In this document: in pieces, positions 12,763-24,495 of the stretch
Numbering within the stretch: position 1 is the first letter of the stretch
Layout of the letters: every line of letters starts with the position of its first letter
DNA from: Guillardia theta CCMP2712
Lineage: Eukaryota > Protista > Cryptophyta
Length of the DNA: 64,000 bases
NCBI RefSeq assembly: GCF_000315625.1
Contig: NW_005434546.1
Location: forward strand, 125,837 to 189,836
Direction of reading: 5' to 3'
Translations under genes and position numbers: made by a program
Notes under the pieces: model-generated
The model's input: only the letters and a program-made list of their open reading frames with translations
Told to the model about the DNA's origin: nothing
Databases searched by the model: none

Positions 12763-14624
12763 CATGCTCGAGGGTCCAATGCGGCAAGGTTGCTTGCTTG
12801 CCGCAATGGTCCTCGGTCTGCTGGTTGTCCTTGTAAGTTTGCACCGGGCGAAGGAGCAGGCTCTTCTTAGCTCTCCTCTCCCTGCCTCGGTGATGGGCAC
12901 AGACCTAACTGGAATGTATGCTCACTCAGCGCCGCTCGTGACCTTTGTGCCGGTACCAGAGGAATCGAGGTTTGTTCCTTACAGAGGAAGTGTATCCTTT
13001 GAAGCTCCGGCTTCTGTCCTTGAGTACCCCCCGCGCCAGGCAGTCAGGGACCCGCAATCCTTTTTTGCCGAGCAGCGACGATCAGAAATTAGGAGGATAA
13101 TGCAAGAAGGAAGTGCCGTGCTGTCGCAAATCAAGGCGAGCATGGAGACGAGGCATTCTCCAGTCTCACACAAGAAGGTGTCCAAGGTCCAACTACTCCA
13201 TGCGAACCATCGCCTCGTGCCCCCTGCGCATCTGGCGAAAGACGATCTGCATGCGCACCAGAGCACTTGGCGTCCGTCCAAGAAGGAGGGCAAGAGAATG
13301 GACAAGCACTCCGAAGCCAGGTTGACATAGTCACTGTAGCCGCATCGTATACTAATGTCGATGTATCAGACGCGTGCCCGGTGCGAAGGTTGAGAAATCC
13401 CACAACAAGGAACAGAAATACGATTTTCACTTCAAGGTAACGTGATATCAACGTCGCTCATTCTCCTGTGAACAAGGAACTCAGGGATTTGGGGTCAAGC
13501 TTAGTGCAGACGTGAGAGCCTGGCAACCTCGAGCAGGTGCTTGGTACTCCTACACGCCTCGAGGTAAATATTTGACATTGTAAATTTCATGCTCAAGATG
13601 TTTGCTCGCAGAAAACTTGCAAAACTCAGCTGCTTCTAATCCTAATGGTTTCGTCACGATGACTACGCTGGCAGTTTGTATCACTCTTGCGTTCTGCTCA
13701 ATGTGATTTATTGAAAATTTTACGATAGCCAACAAATATTCCTCTGTGTCCACTATGCATTCAATTTCATGATGTAGATCTATCAATTTCTTGCGTTCTC
13801 CACTCAGCTAGTCAACACATGATATGGCGGGGAGTCTAGCCAGTTCTTCGAATTTGGAAACAACAACAGGCTGTCCACGTTTTGCAAAGAATTTGCACTG
13901 TCATGTTGCTTCAATGCGACTTCACGCCATCGCATTTGCCACATCTTGGATTTCAACTGCTATTGATTACTGCCAAAGTGAACAAAGTACAAAACTGTGG
14001 TTTTTGGCTACAACATTCCGATAAGACATGTGGGGGTGACAGCTTCAGTCAAGCTTTACTTTTGACCCGATAGAGTAGAGAGACAGTATCATCGCTTTCG
14101 ATTGCCATCCTTATGCAGCATTTTGAGCACTGATAGCTTGTGTTATCCAAATCATTGTTCTGTGGCTCAGCGATAATGAGTTGAGAAGCATTTTGGCCTC
14201 GACGATCGTTGAACATGATCCAAGGCTTCTTCAAACAGCTCCTGCAGTTCTCCCTTCCATGACCCTTCCACAGTGAAACTTGATTTATATTTCCGCTGAT
14301 AGGGCCATTTCTGTACGCCTAGTCTTCGGCAAACATTCTTCAAAGCCGATAACGAGATTCCCTGTGGGCTACAGTCACAACACCAAATTTCAAGTGAAAA
14401 AAATCACAAGTACCAAGGACTTCGCTGCCTCCGATTGCTGCAGCTTGAACAATGGTGCTATAGTCGCCAAGGTTATGACTACTTCCTTGGGATACTCTGT
14501 TGGACTTTCTCGCTTCTGTCTTGTGAGAAGACGAACGGTTCGGTCAGTGTCCAATGCTGAAATGTTGTTGAGCTTATCAGGAGCAGGTCCACGCATTGAA
14601 GGGGGAGTAGGAAGATCGGTGTGA
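12763..14624 (+). CDS. Hypothetical type-II membrane or secreted protein (multi-exon; 3' structure uncertain)
   Basis: Long first ORF with hydrophobic CLLAAMVLGLLVVLVSL, followed by short GT-AG-bounded exons; no recognisable domain. Confidence 0.4.
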
Positions 14625-15786
14625 GAGATATGCACTTGGCTGGGGACTTCGAATACCATACAAGGCTGAAGAGGCTGAAGGGATTGAGGGTGCTAGAGCA
14701 CTGCGATGAAGTATAAGTAGGGGAGGGACAAGGGGGCGGAGGATTTGGGGAACGGAGGGAAATGTCGCACTATTTGTTTTTTTAGGAACAATGGGTGAAC
14801 CCTACCCTTGTTGCAAGGGACACCCTACCTCATATCCTTCGTGTGACTTATACTTAAAGGTGGGGGTGGTCTTGTGGAATGGGTAGGTACTCCTATGAAG
14901 TTGAGGAAGACGTCGACCATGCGAGGTCCATGCAACGATTACACTCTCGAGAACGGAAAGATATGATTTCAAGTTTGATTCCCTGTAGTAAATAACGAAG
15001 AGGTCGATTGGCAGTACCAAAGAATCTTTCATGACGTGACAGGCAGGGGATGGTACGTGACTTCTCGCGAAGAGATGCGGATCTAATCGTGCAGCCTCCT
15101 TTCCGTACGGTCGCACGATGAAAATCCGCCACCTTCCGCCCCACCCCCACCTACCTGGACCACCAAAGGTTCTCAACAGGGGTCGAACATGCGGCTCGGA
15201 ATCACGGAATCAACCAACAGTTGCGAAATCGGCCGTCAGGCAAAATCAGCCGTCATTTTGAGACAGGTCACGGCTGCAGGGCGTGACTCATCAGTGACAG
15301 TGATGTCTGCCCGGGCAACACCGTGAGCCAGCAGCCGTGACCAGAACCCCGCGAGTCTCTTGACTCCTTGCTCCACTCTCTCATGAAATCTTCAAACAGG
15401 ACCCCCGGTGCCTCAATCCTATTTCCACAGCTTGCAGGCCTGAGCTGTCCTCGGGCCTCCTGGAATGATACCGATACGTTAAGCTCTTGACCCTGTAAGG
15501 TGAGAAATGCGTCTAATGAAGCCTCCTCCTGAGCCTTTAAGGATGATGGGATGTCCAGCAGATGAAGCTTGATTAGTCTTGAGCTTGACATTGGTTGAAT
15601 ACATCAGTGCTTGACTGGTGCAAGCCATTAACTATTTCAAAGTCATGCTGTCTTGCTGCCGACATGTGTTTTTCACATTCTTCACAGAAGTGCTGGTTTG
15701 TTTCCAAAGTCAACTTAAAACCTGGAGATCCCTCAAAGAATGCTTCACATTTTTAGTGAAAAAATCGAAACCATCCGAAACATCAT

Positions 15787-15801
15787 GGTTTAGGGTTTAG
15801 G
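15787..15801 (+). repeat. Short interstitial telomere-like seed (GGTTTAGGGTTTAGG)
   Basis: Seen directly. Confidence 0.6.
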
Positions 15802-16335
15802 TCCACCCGATATGGCATGAAGAACTACAGATAAAGAACTAAAGATTAAAGACCCCAAGCAGAATTCTCCCTCTCACAGGTTTCAGTCACTTGCATCTCA
15901 CAAAGCAAGTGACTCAGATAGGAATACTCATCACATTTTCAATCAGTGTATCATTTACTTAGCTAGTACTAGTTCTGACTAGAGTACCACTGCTAGAGTA
16001 TTGTAGGTGATCTTTGTACAAGGAAAAATACAGATAGCGTACTGGACACATCTACTAGAATGCTGGTGCCGACTTGATAGTCGAGTAGTTCACGGTACAG
16101 TTCAAGGAGAGGCTACAAGTGTTTAGGGCAGCGATCAGGAGCAGGGAGGGCCGCTTCGAAGCGAGCCAAACTGGAGCATTTGAACTTGCCGCAGCGATCA
16201 TGCTAGGACGTACGAATCTACAGGGTCAGTCCGTTCTGCAAGGAACAGTATGTACTGAGATTTGACGGCGTGACCGTGTCCGAGTCGGGCAATACCGTGG
16301 CCATAGGGTTGAACAAGGCAGTTTATTCCGCTGGG

Positions 16336-18233
16336 CTATTTCCATATCTTTCCGAGCTCAGACTTCAAGGTAGCAGCAACCAGAATGCTCAAGAAAGTTG
16401 AAGGAACCAAGAAAAGTAGAGCCGGTTGTCCTGCTCCAGAGTTGAAAGCTTCGCATAAGAAACATCCCACGGAATATCTGGACAGGGATGATGATTAAAT
16501 TATGTAGCTAGAGACACCACACAACTCACCCCCCGAGAGATGCTTGAAGGTACCAGTTGCTCTTCTCTTGTACATCTACTTGTCCTGCAAATCATCCATA
16601 ATCTCATGATTCCTTGCACCCTTTATGGCGGTCTTACCCTCGCCCGGAGAAGTTGTTTCCGATTCCTTTGTTTTGTCCTTGTCAAATCTTGCTGCCCATC
16701 CGGTCAACATTGCCTGGAAGTATTGAGTGATGGAGAACAGAAATATTACATCTACCGGGAAGACAGCGTCTGCAAGTCCAAGTGCGTCCGTTGGCTTTCC
16801 ATCAATCACAACTTCAAGCAGCCCAGGCTGCCATGACGATCCCGAGAGCTTGGCTCTAGCTTATCAAAATGTCACTGTCAAGATTCAGTATGCAACAAAC
16901 CTTACCCACAGACTCCATTACAGAGGCTGCTGGTTCAGCAGCTGAAGCAGGAGGAACGAGGAAAGAAGATCCATAGACCCCGAAAAGGTCATACGCCACC
17001 TTCATTCCAGTCATGGGGTACAGAGATCGCGCGGACTAAGTGAAGGAACCAATCCTCCAAGAGCAGCGACAGTGACGGGAAGTGACGCGAGCTGAACTGA
17101 ACGCGCAGCCGTGATGGCAATACAGCTGTTGATGGCGTTTCTTTCAGCTGAAGTCAGTAACCGAGAGCTGATGCGTGCAGCAACACCTCATGGGCCAAGC
17201 GACACTGGAAGGTGCCAGGAATGCGAACAGGACCCCAGCAGTGCTCAAGAGGAGAGGGATCTGGTTCGATACACTAGTCTTTTGGCCATCCTCATTGTCT
17301 TTCGCCTGAACTCCCAGCCAGGACAGAAAGTTCCGTACCTCCACTTGAAAGAAAAGGGTGCAAACTGCAAAATTACCAGCTCCAGACTGCAAGTGAACTG
17401 TAAGAAACAACGCTGCACCAGGCAAGATGACAAACCAGCACAGGCAAAACATTCAGTGATCTTTTCAGGCTCTGTAACACCTCGCTAGAGAGGAGCGAAC
17501 TGCTCGTATCCATGTTGGATAATGTTGAACCAAACAAGAAGAAGGACGAAAACAAGGAGAAGGCTAGGAATGCAGGGAGAAAGAAGGCTATGCTGACACC
17601 ACTGACATTATCAAGCTTTGCATAAGCTTGTTTGGCCACCTGTGCCAGTTTTAGATGAGAATTGCATTCGATGATCACCTCTCCATCATTGAAGGTCTTG
17701 GAGATGTTTGCTGTTCCAACGGATTGCAAGATCTCATCGTTGAGTAACTTGAGTCTGCTGCCCAAAGATGATGGAAGATCAACTGATCGCAGAGCCGCAA
17801 GATCGACTATGCTAATGGCCATGCAGTAGAGATACACCCTCTTCAAAATCAGGAACAGGATGATGAGCGTTCTTCTTTCATCTTGTTCGGTTGCTGCTTG
17901 CGCCATTGTGATGAGGTAGGGAAACACGTTGGACAAGAGTGGGAGTACAACGAAGACGCTCGTGTACTTGCTCAGGAGATTGGGTTGCAACGATCTCGCT
18001 TCTGACTGCTGCTGCATGCGGACCCTGCTCGTCACGGATTTTGCGTGCTTGGAGAGGGAAGGTTGGTGTGATGGGGAGGAATGGAAAGAGGTGAGGAAGG
18101 GATGGTAGCAGAAAGCGGAAGGAGATGAGCGCGAAGGATAGCATTGAAGGGAAGATGTAGAAGGAGAAGAGAAGCAGCAGGGCGATGAGATGTGTCGCAT
18201 GGACGCATGGAAAGACGCGGCCAGTGCTAGCAT
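16336..18233 (-). CDS. Signal peptide peptidase-like (peptidase A22B) intramembrane aspartyl protease with probable bipartite plastid leader
   Basis: Spliced exons give VAYDLFGVYG (YD at 16988-16993), DALGLADAVFP (GxGD position) and GAGQPALLFLVP (PAL motif), ending SELGKIWK* (stop 16336-16338). Multiple TM segments; Ser-rich N-terminal extension. Confidence 0.8.
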
Positions 18234-18436
18234 ATTGGTTTATAAGGGGATTCGTCGGGCAAGAACTGAATTAGGTAATAGATATTTCAGCCCGCTGGGG
18301 CCCACGAGGCAGGCCTGATCCAAAATACGTTTCCGGGTTCAAAATTTTCAATATATTCAAAATTATACCCTTGATAATTTGAATATCAACTTTCAGAAAT
18401 TTCAATTTATTATCAATATTTGTTTTGCCGACAAAG

Positions 18437-21010
18437 ATGCAGGTGGATCATGATAATGCAGCTGAGAGACGCGATCAGGCAGCTGATCATTCTCAAGGTC
18501 CTATGAGTATGCAGGTTGAACCAGCCGCAGCCATTCAGATTCAAGCAAATGACTCTGAAGCACAAGGAGGGAGAAGGAATGCAAGGCGTTCAGATGCAGA
18601 GAGACGTCCACGACAGGATAGATCAGCAGAGAGCTTCAGTGACAATTCAAGAGCAATGTACGTTTCCAGCATGAGCGCTTTCATGCGATTCATCTATCAA
18701 CACAAACCCAACCTGCTCACTCCTGAGTTCAAGGCCATGATAGAAAGGCAACTGGAACCTGCCTCCGACGATTGCCCACCCTTGCCAACGAAGAAAGGAA
18801 CACGAGCTGCATTATTGGAGATCTGGTTAGAAAGCACAGGCAATTTTGTGATCACTGCATTGCTCATTAGAAGCTGACGAGAAGTCAATTTGGCAGGCAC
18901 TGCACCAAGGATTCATCCCATCAAGTTTGACGAATTCACGTCTGAGGACTTTTTGATGTGGATTAAGCACCTACAGGAGACAACAGAAAATGGACTTGCA
19001 TCGTATTCCAATCATCGTACCGCTCTGTCCTGCCTCTTCAAAGCTTTTGAACAACCAATTCCATCACAGATGAAGATCGACTTGCACGATTTCTTCAGCC
19101 GACTGAAGGAGATCTGCAATACCTCCAACGCAAGTGATGCACCCAAAACCATAGGAGGCAAAAAGCCAGTCAGCATGACGACTTACCGTCTCTTGGCTAG
19201 GAACATGCTGTTTTCTCAGAAAAGAATGTACGTCTTCGCAAGGACGTACATGATATTTTGTTGGAATCTAATGTGCAAGGCAGGAAGTGCTGAAAGCATT
19301 CAATTCGATCACATGTGCTGGGACGAAGATCATCTTCAAATCTTCTTTTCACATTCCAAAACGGGCCAGACAACTGGGGGCCGTCCAGGGGATCCCAGGA
19401 GGGTTTATGCCAACCCTACCTGCCCTGAGATCTGCCCCATCTTGGCATTGGGGATTTACTTGTTGTGCTACCTACCAGATAGAACAATCCTGTTTCCAGG
19501 TCGATCGCAGAGCAAACGATTCTTGCAAATCTTTTCAAAAATCTTGTCACCCCCGGAGGACCGGCAGAGGGCCCGGAGTATCGGCAATGTGGAAAATGAA
19601 GAGCCTGATGAGGATCGATTTCAGATGGCTGTTCGTGCTCACATGAAATCGTTGGGGCTGCGTGCCGAGGACTTTGGCAGCGCCTCGTTCTCCAAAGGAG
19701 CGGCGGAATACTGCAGCGTGGGAAGTACCCACGGCCCTCCCAGTGCGGCAGTGTCAGGGAGACAGTCAGATGGAGCGATGTTGAAAAGCAATTCTCGCTG
19801 TGAAGCTGCAGGTGATTGTTATGTGGGCAGGACGGTCTGTGGGTTGCCTATTCACCAAACTGAGTTCGCTATTCTCCCACCACATTTCACTCAGCGAGAT
19901 GAATTTCTCACGCAAATGATTGATTTGTGCTTTCCAACCTTACCAGCATCCATGAATCGCGTGGCGGAGTTTGTCTTGGCTTCAGTCCTGCATCATGTTG
20001 ATTTTCTCAAAGCGAATCTTGAACCACAGCATATTCTATGGCAATCTACCTTGTTTCGTGAACAAGAATGTCTTGTCGCATTGAAGTCCAAGGTTGTGTG
20101 CTGTATGCCCAAGGAAGCGAGAGGCAGAATGGAATCTACAGGAATCCCTCCTCATGTACAACAATACATACAGAGTGACGAGCTTTTGTCATCTCTTTCC
20201 AAGATACAGCAGGACATGGTTGAAATGAACCAATACATGAACAGATTTAGGCAACAGGTTCCCTCAGCAGTGCAAGGGGGCGAAGGAGCTACTACTGGAT
20301 TCAGGGTGACCGAGAGTGACAAGGAAAGCTTGAAAGAATGCCTACGGCAAACCTTGCGCGAGGTCATTCAGGAAGTACTGCTAGAGGAAACCGGCGGGCG
20401 CAGCAATCAAACTCCTTATCATCAACCCTCTCACCCACCGCGAGGCAGCCCTGCGTCAGGCGCCGGACTTGTGAGAAACGTGTCAAACATCACAGAAGAA
20501 CAGGCATCAAGATTGCAACACCAGAATGAGGCGGGGGCCGGGGCGGGTCCACAGCAAAGCGACATTATGCTGACCGAGGAGTTTGGAACCGCTATGGTGG
20601 TATGGAACATGTGGTTTTGTGGGAACGCGAGCAAACGGATCCCACCGCTCCGGCTTGTATCTGCGAGTTCGTTGAATGGCAAAAACAACAAAAAAAGATT
20701 CTCAGACATCAAATTCCTTGTTGAGAGCTTTGAAAAGCACGCGAGGGATGTGATCTCCCGTGATCAAACGGGGTCGCGTGAGCAGCGGATGCAGCAACTA
20801 CAGAGGCTGAAGACACTACCCGCAGGGCCAGCTCTACTGGAAGAATGTCAGGAAGTGTTCTTGAGATACGAAAGCTCGTTCTTCGCCTGGTTGAAGATAG
20901 ATGGGTCCATTCGCTCTCGACTGGGTGGCCAACAGCTAAGATGGACCACATTGGTGAAGAAGATCAGAGGGGTACTGACTGGTGAACGTGGACCAAACTC
21001 TGCTTCATGA
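18437..21010 (+). CDS. Crypton-type tyrosine-recombinase-derived protein with C-terminal GCR1_C-like domain; catalytic residues substituted (~838 aa, one 57-nt GC-AG intron 18840-18896)
   Basis: Crypton YR blocks: CWNLMCKAGS, HMCWDEDHLQIFFSHSKTGQ, RRVYANPTCPEICPILALGIY, LFPGRSQSKRF, EAAGDCYVGRTVCGLP, FAILPPHF. C-terminal VWNMWFCGNASKRIPPLRLV...KKRFSDIKFL. ORFs 18425-18877 and 18890-21010 share a frame and are bridged by an in-frame intron with a CTGAC branch site. Confidence 0.85.
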
Positions 21011-21436
21011 TCAACTTACATGAAAATCAACTTACATGACTCAAACTTCCGAAGTTCAACGTAACTTGATCTAGCTTTAAAGGTCAATGTAGATGAATAT
21101 CTAGAGCCAACAGTGACTGATCTGTGAGTAACTTGTTTGCAAATACATCTACTCCTCTCATTCGCCTCCACTACCAATACTCAGCGGCAGTTTGAGGTAC
21201 AGCAATCGGCAACATGAAGGTTGGTTCTCACTGTCTCAGTTCTCTTCTCGCCGTATGGCCTGTGCAACAGTGTCAGGGTCAAGCCTCCTCGAACTGATAT
21301 TTTCAGTCACTGAACTAACTTCCGAGGCTGGTGAGTAAAGAGACTGCAGTCGGAGCCGGCCAGGTTTAGTTCAGAGGCGTTTTAGCTAGTTTGCTGGCGA
21401 CCCTTGACCACAAAGTTAACGAATCTACAGCACACC

Positions 21437-23959
21437 ATGCTCAAGGCCAAGAAGCATACGATCGGTAGGAGGAGGAGGAGGAGGAGGAGGAGGAGGAGGA
21501 GGAGGAGGAGGAGGAGGAGGAGGAGGAGGAGGAGCAAATCATAGTGGAGGTGATCAAAAGAGGAAACGAGGGAGACTGGAGAGATGCAGTGGTGGAAAGA
21601 ACTATAAGATGTAAGGAAAGTGGACAGATAAAGGAGAGTGAGAGGATATGAGATACGTGAGGATGCAGAGAGAAGGAGAGAAGAAGGAAGACATGTAGAC
21701 ATTTAGCGAGGTGTGCTTTCATCGCTATCTGACAATCTCTGCAGCGGACTCTAATGTTGAGGATATCGGCAGCTCGATTGACAAGGCTCAACGCATGATG
21801 GTGAGCAAAGTGAGGAGGAGGCTTCAGGCGAGTGACGCTGGACTGTCAGGCTGCCAAGACGGAGAAGGAGTGGGAGAATGTGAGTGAGTCTTGTCTGCTA
21901 TCAGCTCATCCCCGTCTCCAGGCTGGCAGCAAACCTGGCCTTGAGATCTGGAGGGTCGAGAACAGGTGAAGGAGGAAGCAAGGGACATGAGGGAAGGAAG
22001 AGGGAGAGAGGGGGAGAGGGAGAGGGAGAAGATCTCAAAATAATGATGGAGGACGTGGACAGTCGAACAGAAAACGACAACCCTGACTTCGGAATCAAGA
22101 GAGTGCCTGCAGAAGATTACAGGTAGTTCGCTCCCATATCATTCTTTCCTGTCTCTCCTATGGGTCCGATCGATGAACTTTCTGTATGTGCATGTCTACA
22201 GTTTGCTGTTCTTGATTGTAGGACCTGATTGTTGCATGAGCTTTGCCTTTGTAGAGCTCTTCATGGTTGACTTCTACGTTACTCCTCCCTCCCTCCCTCC
22301 CTGTCCCTTCCCCTCCCTCCCTCCCTCCCTCCCTCCCTCCTTCTCCTTCGTTGTCTCACCCCAACTTCACCAGTCCTGCTTCTTCTCAATTCTTCTTCAT
22401 CATCATTCTCTTCCATCCCTCCCTTTCTCCGTCTAATTCTTCCCTTCCCTCTTCCTATCCTTTTCCCTTTCTCCCTTTCTCCCCAAAGACTTGGCTGTCG
22501 ATGACACGCTCCATGACATGTTGGGCACAGGAAGTTCTACAGAGGCGACTCATACATCTTGCTCTACACGTACACAGACTCCGAGAGTAATCAACTGTTC
22601 TGCTCTCCCTCCCTCCTCTCCCTCCTTTCTTGCTCTTCCACCTCGGTCCCCTTCCTCTTCCGCTCCCTCTTGCTGACTTCCTTCACATCCCTCCTGCTCC
22701 CCTAAATCCCTTCCTACCTACCTCGCTCCTCACGCGCTCTCAGCGGACTCTCTTCGCTGGAACGTGCACTATTGGATTGGATCGGAGAGCACGGCAGACG
22801 AGTACGGGGTCTGTTTCTCTCCTCCTCCTCTCCCCTTTCCTGACTGCAGGTCCAGGTAGCCGCGTACAAGACTGTCGAGCTAGACGACCTGCTGGGCGGA
22901 GCTCCAGTGCAGTATCGGGAGATGGAAGGCTACGAGTCTGATCTTTTCCTGTTAGACCTCTGTCCCTGCCTCTGCCTTGCCCCTCCTCCTCCTCTGCTCC
23001 TGCTCACCCTCCTACTACTCTAACTCCTCCTACTCCCCTCACTCCTTCACTTACTCCCCGTCCTGTCATCCCGCTTCTCTCTGCATCTCTTATCCTCTCT
23101 CTCCTCTTACCTTGGAGCAGGAGCTACTTTGGCTCCGGTGGTGTCTGCCCTGGTAGCATTCAGATCCTTGAGGGCGGGCATGCCAGCGGCTTTCGCAAGG
23201 TGGAGCAGCAGGAATTCAGCCCGCGGCTGTTCTGGGTGAGGAGGGAAGCTGGAGTCATGCTGTGCTCGGAGGTGGCGATGGGGCTGGACAGTTTAAACCG
23301 CGGGGACTGCTTCCTCCTCGACAGCGGGAGCAAGGTGTTCATCTACCGCGGCGACGAGTCGGATCCCTTTGAGAAGAACAAGGCGGCGACTGTAGCCAAG
23401 GAGATGGAGGGCGAGAGGAACGGGCGCTGCAAGTGTGTAGATGCGGAGGATGAGCCCGAGTTCTGGCAGATGCTGGGAGGTGAGATCGGCTGCTCAGTCA
23501 AGGGGCCCGTGGAGCACGCGAAGCGAGACACGGAGAGCTGCCGGGTGGTGGAGCTGTACAGCATGGAGGACGATTCACTAGAGTTCGTCAAGGTCGCTGA
23601 TGGCCTCCTCCGCCCAGATCAGCTCGCCGACGATGACGTCATGCTGGTAAACTGCGGAACTAAGATCTTCGTGTCCGTCGGCTCCGCAGCTCCGCAGCAG
23701 GAGAAGGCATGCTGCATGCTCAAAGCGCAGGCTTTCATCGCCAGCAAGGGGCTGCCTCCCTTCACCCCAATCATGCGCGTCCTCAAGGGACAAGATGTGC
23801 GCTGCAAGTACAACCCTCTTTCTGCTTGACCCTCATCCTCCTCATCCCTTCTTGCCCCTTTCTCCTTCCATTCTTTCTTCTTCCCCTCGCCAACAACCTT
23901 CTGCATCACCTTGACTCTGATCCAGGCAGTGGGACGCGTGCTTTGCCTCAGCAGCCTGA
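21437..23959 (+). CDS. Severin/gelsolin-family actin-severing protein (3 gelsolin domains)
   Basis: Exons read [122 protein letters not shown]. Confidence 0.9.
21467..21533. repeat. (GAG)n microsatellite in the first severin intron
   Basis: About 22 perfect GGA/GAG units. Confidence 0.9.
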
Positions 23960-24495
23960 AGGATCGAGGATGTGCTTCAATACACAGGAGAGAACGAGCA
24001 CGAGCGGGAGGGAGGAAGGAAGAGCACTCACGACTTCAACGTAACTCGATGTTTTCAAATCCCGAATCAAGAAGTTCGACTAAACCTATTTACTTTGACG
24101 GTTTCCCTATCCTGCTCTTCCTCCTGCTCCTACTCCTACTCCTGCCTCCCTCCCTCTGCTTCTCTCTGCTCCCCTCCATTCTCGACTGCTCCTGTTCCTC
24201 GTCCTAGACCTGACCCTCTAGCCGCATCCTCCCTGCCGCACTTGTTGCTGGTTCTGACTTCTTCGACACCATCGGCGCTTCCTCTCCACCAGCGAGGCCG
24301 CAGCAGGACGCCATGCTGAACGCTGTCAAGGTCAGTTCGAAAGAAACTCGACTACTCATTCCACTTCCAGATTCTCCAGCTCCAACCGAGATGATCTCTT
24401 AAGTTTCATCTTAAGCTCTCAGTGCTGTCCTCCATCCCGTCCATCCGCGTTACTTCAGTCAAGAAATCAATCACAATCGGGTCACCCATCAAGTC

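Noticed and set aside
15268-15591. 107-aa minus-strand ORF near a TTTAGGG seed as a gene or element fragment
   Set aside because: No recognisable motif or linked exons; cannot be supported.
18250-21200. Active autonomous Crypton transposon
   Set aside because: Catalytic residues are substituted, and no terminal direct repeats could be identified by eye.
22280-23110. Long CT-rich tracts (also 3700-4070, 6830-6930, 11930-12200) as structured elements
   Set aside because: Low-complexity pyrimidine/purine-skewed intron and intergenic sequence, common throughout the window.
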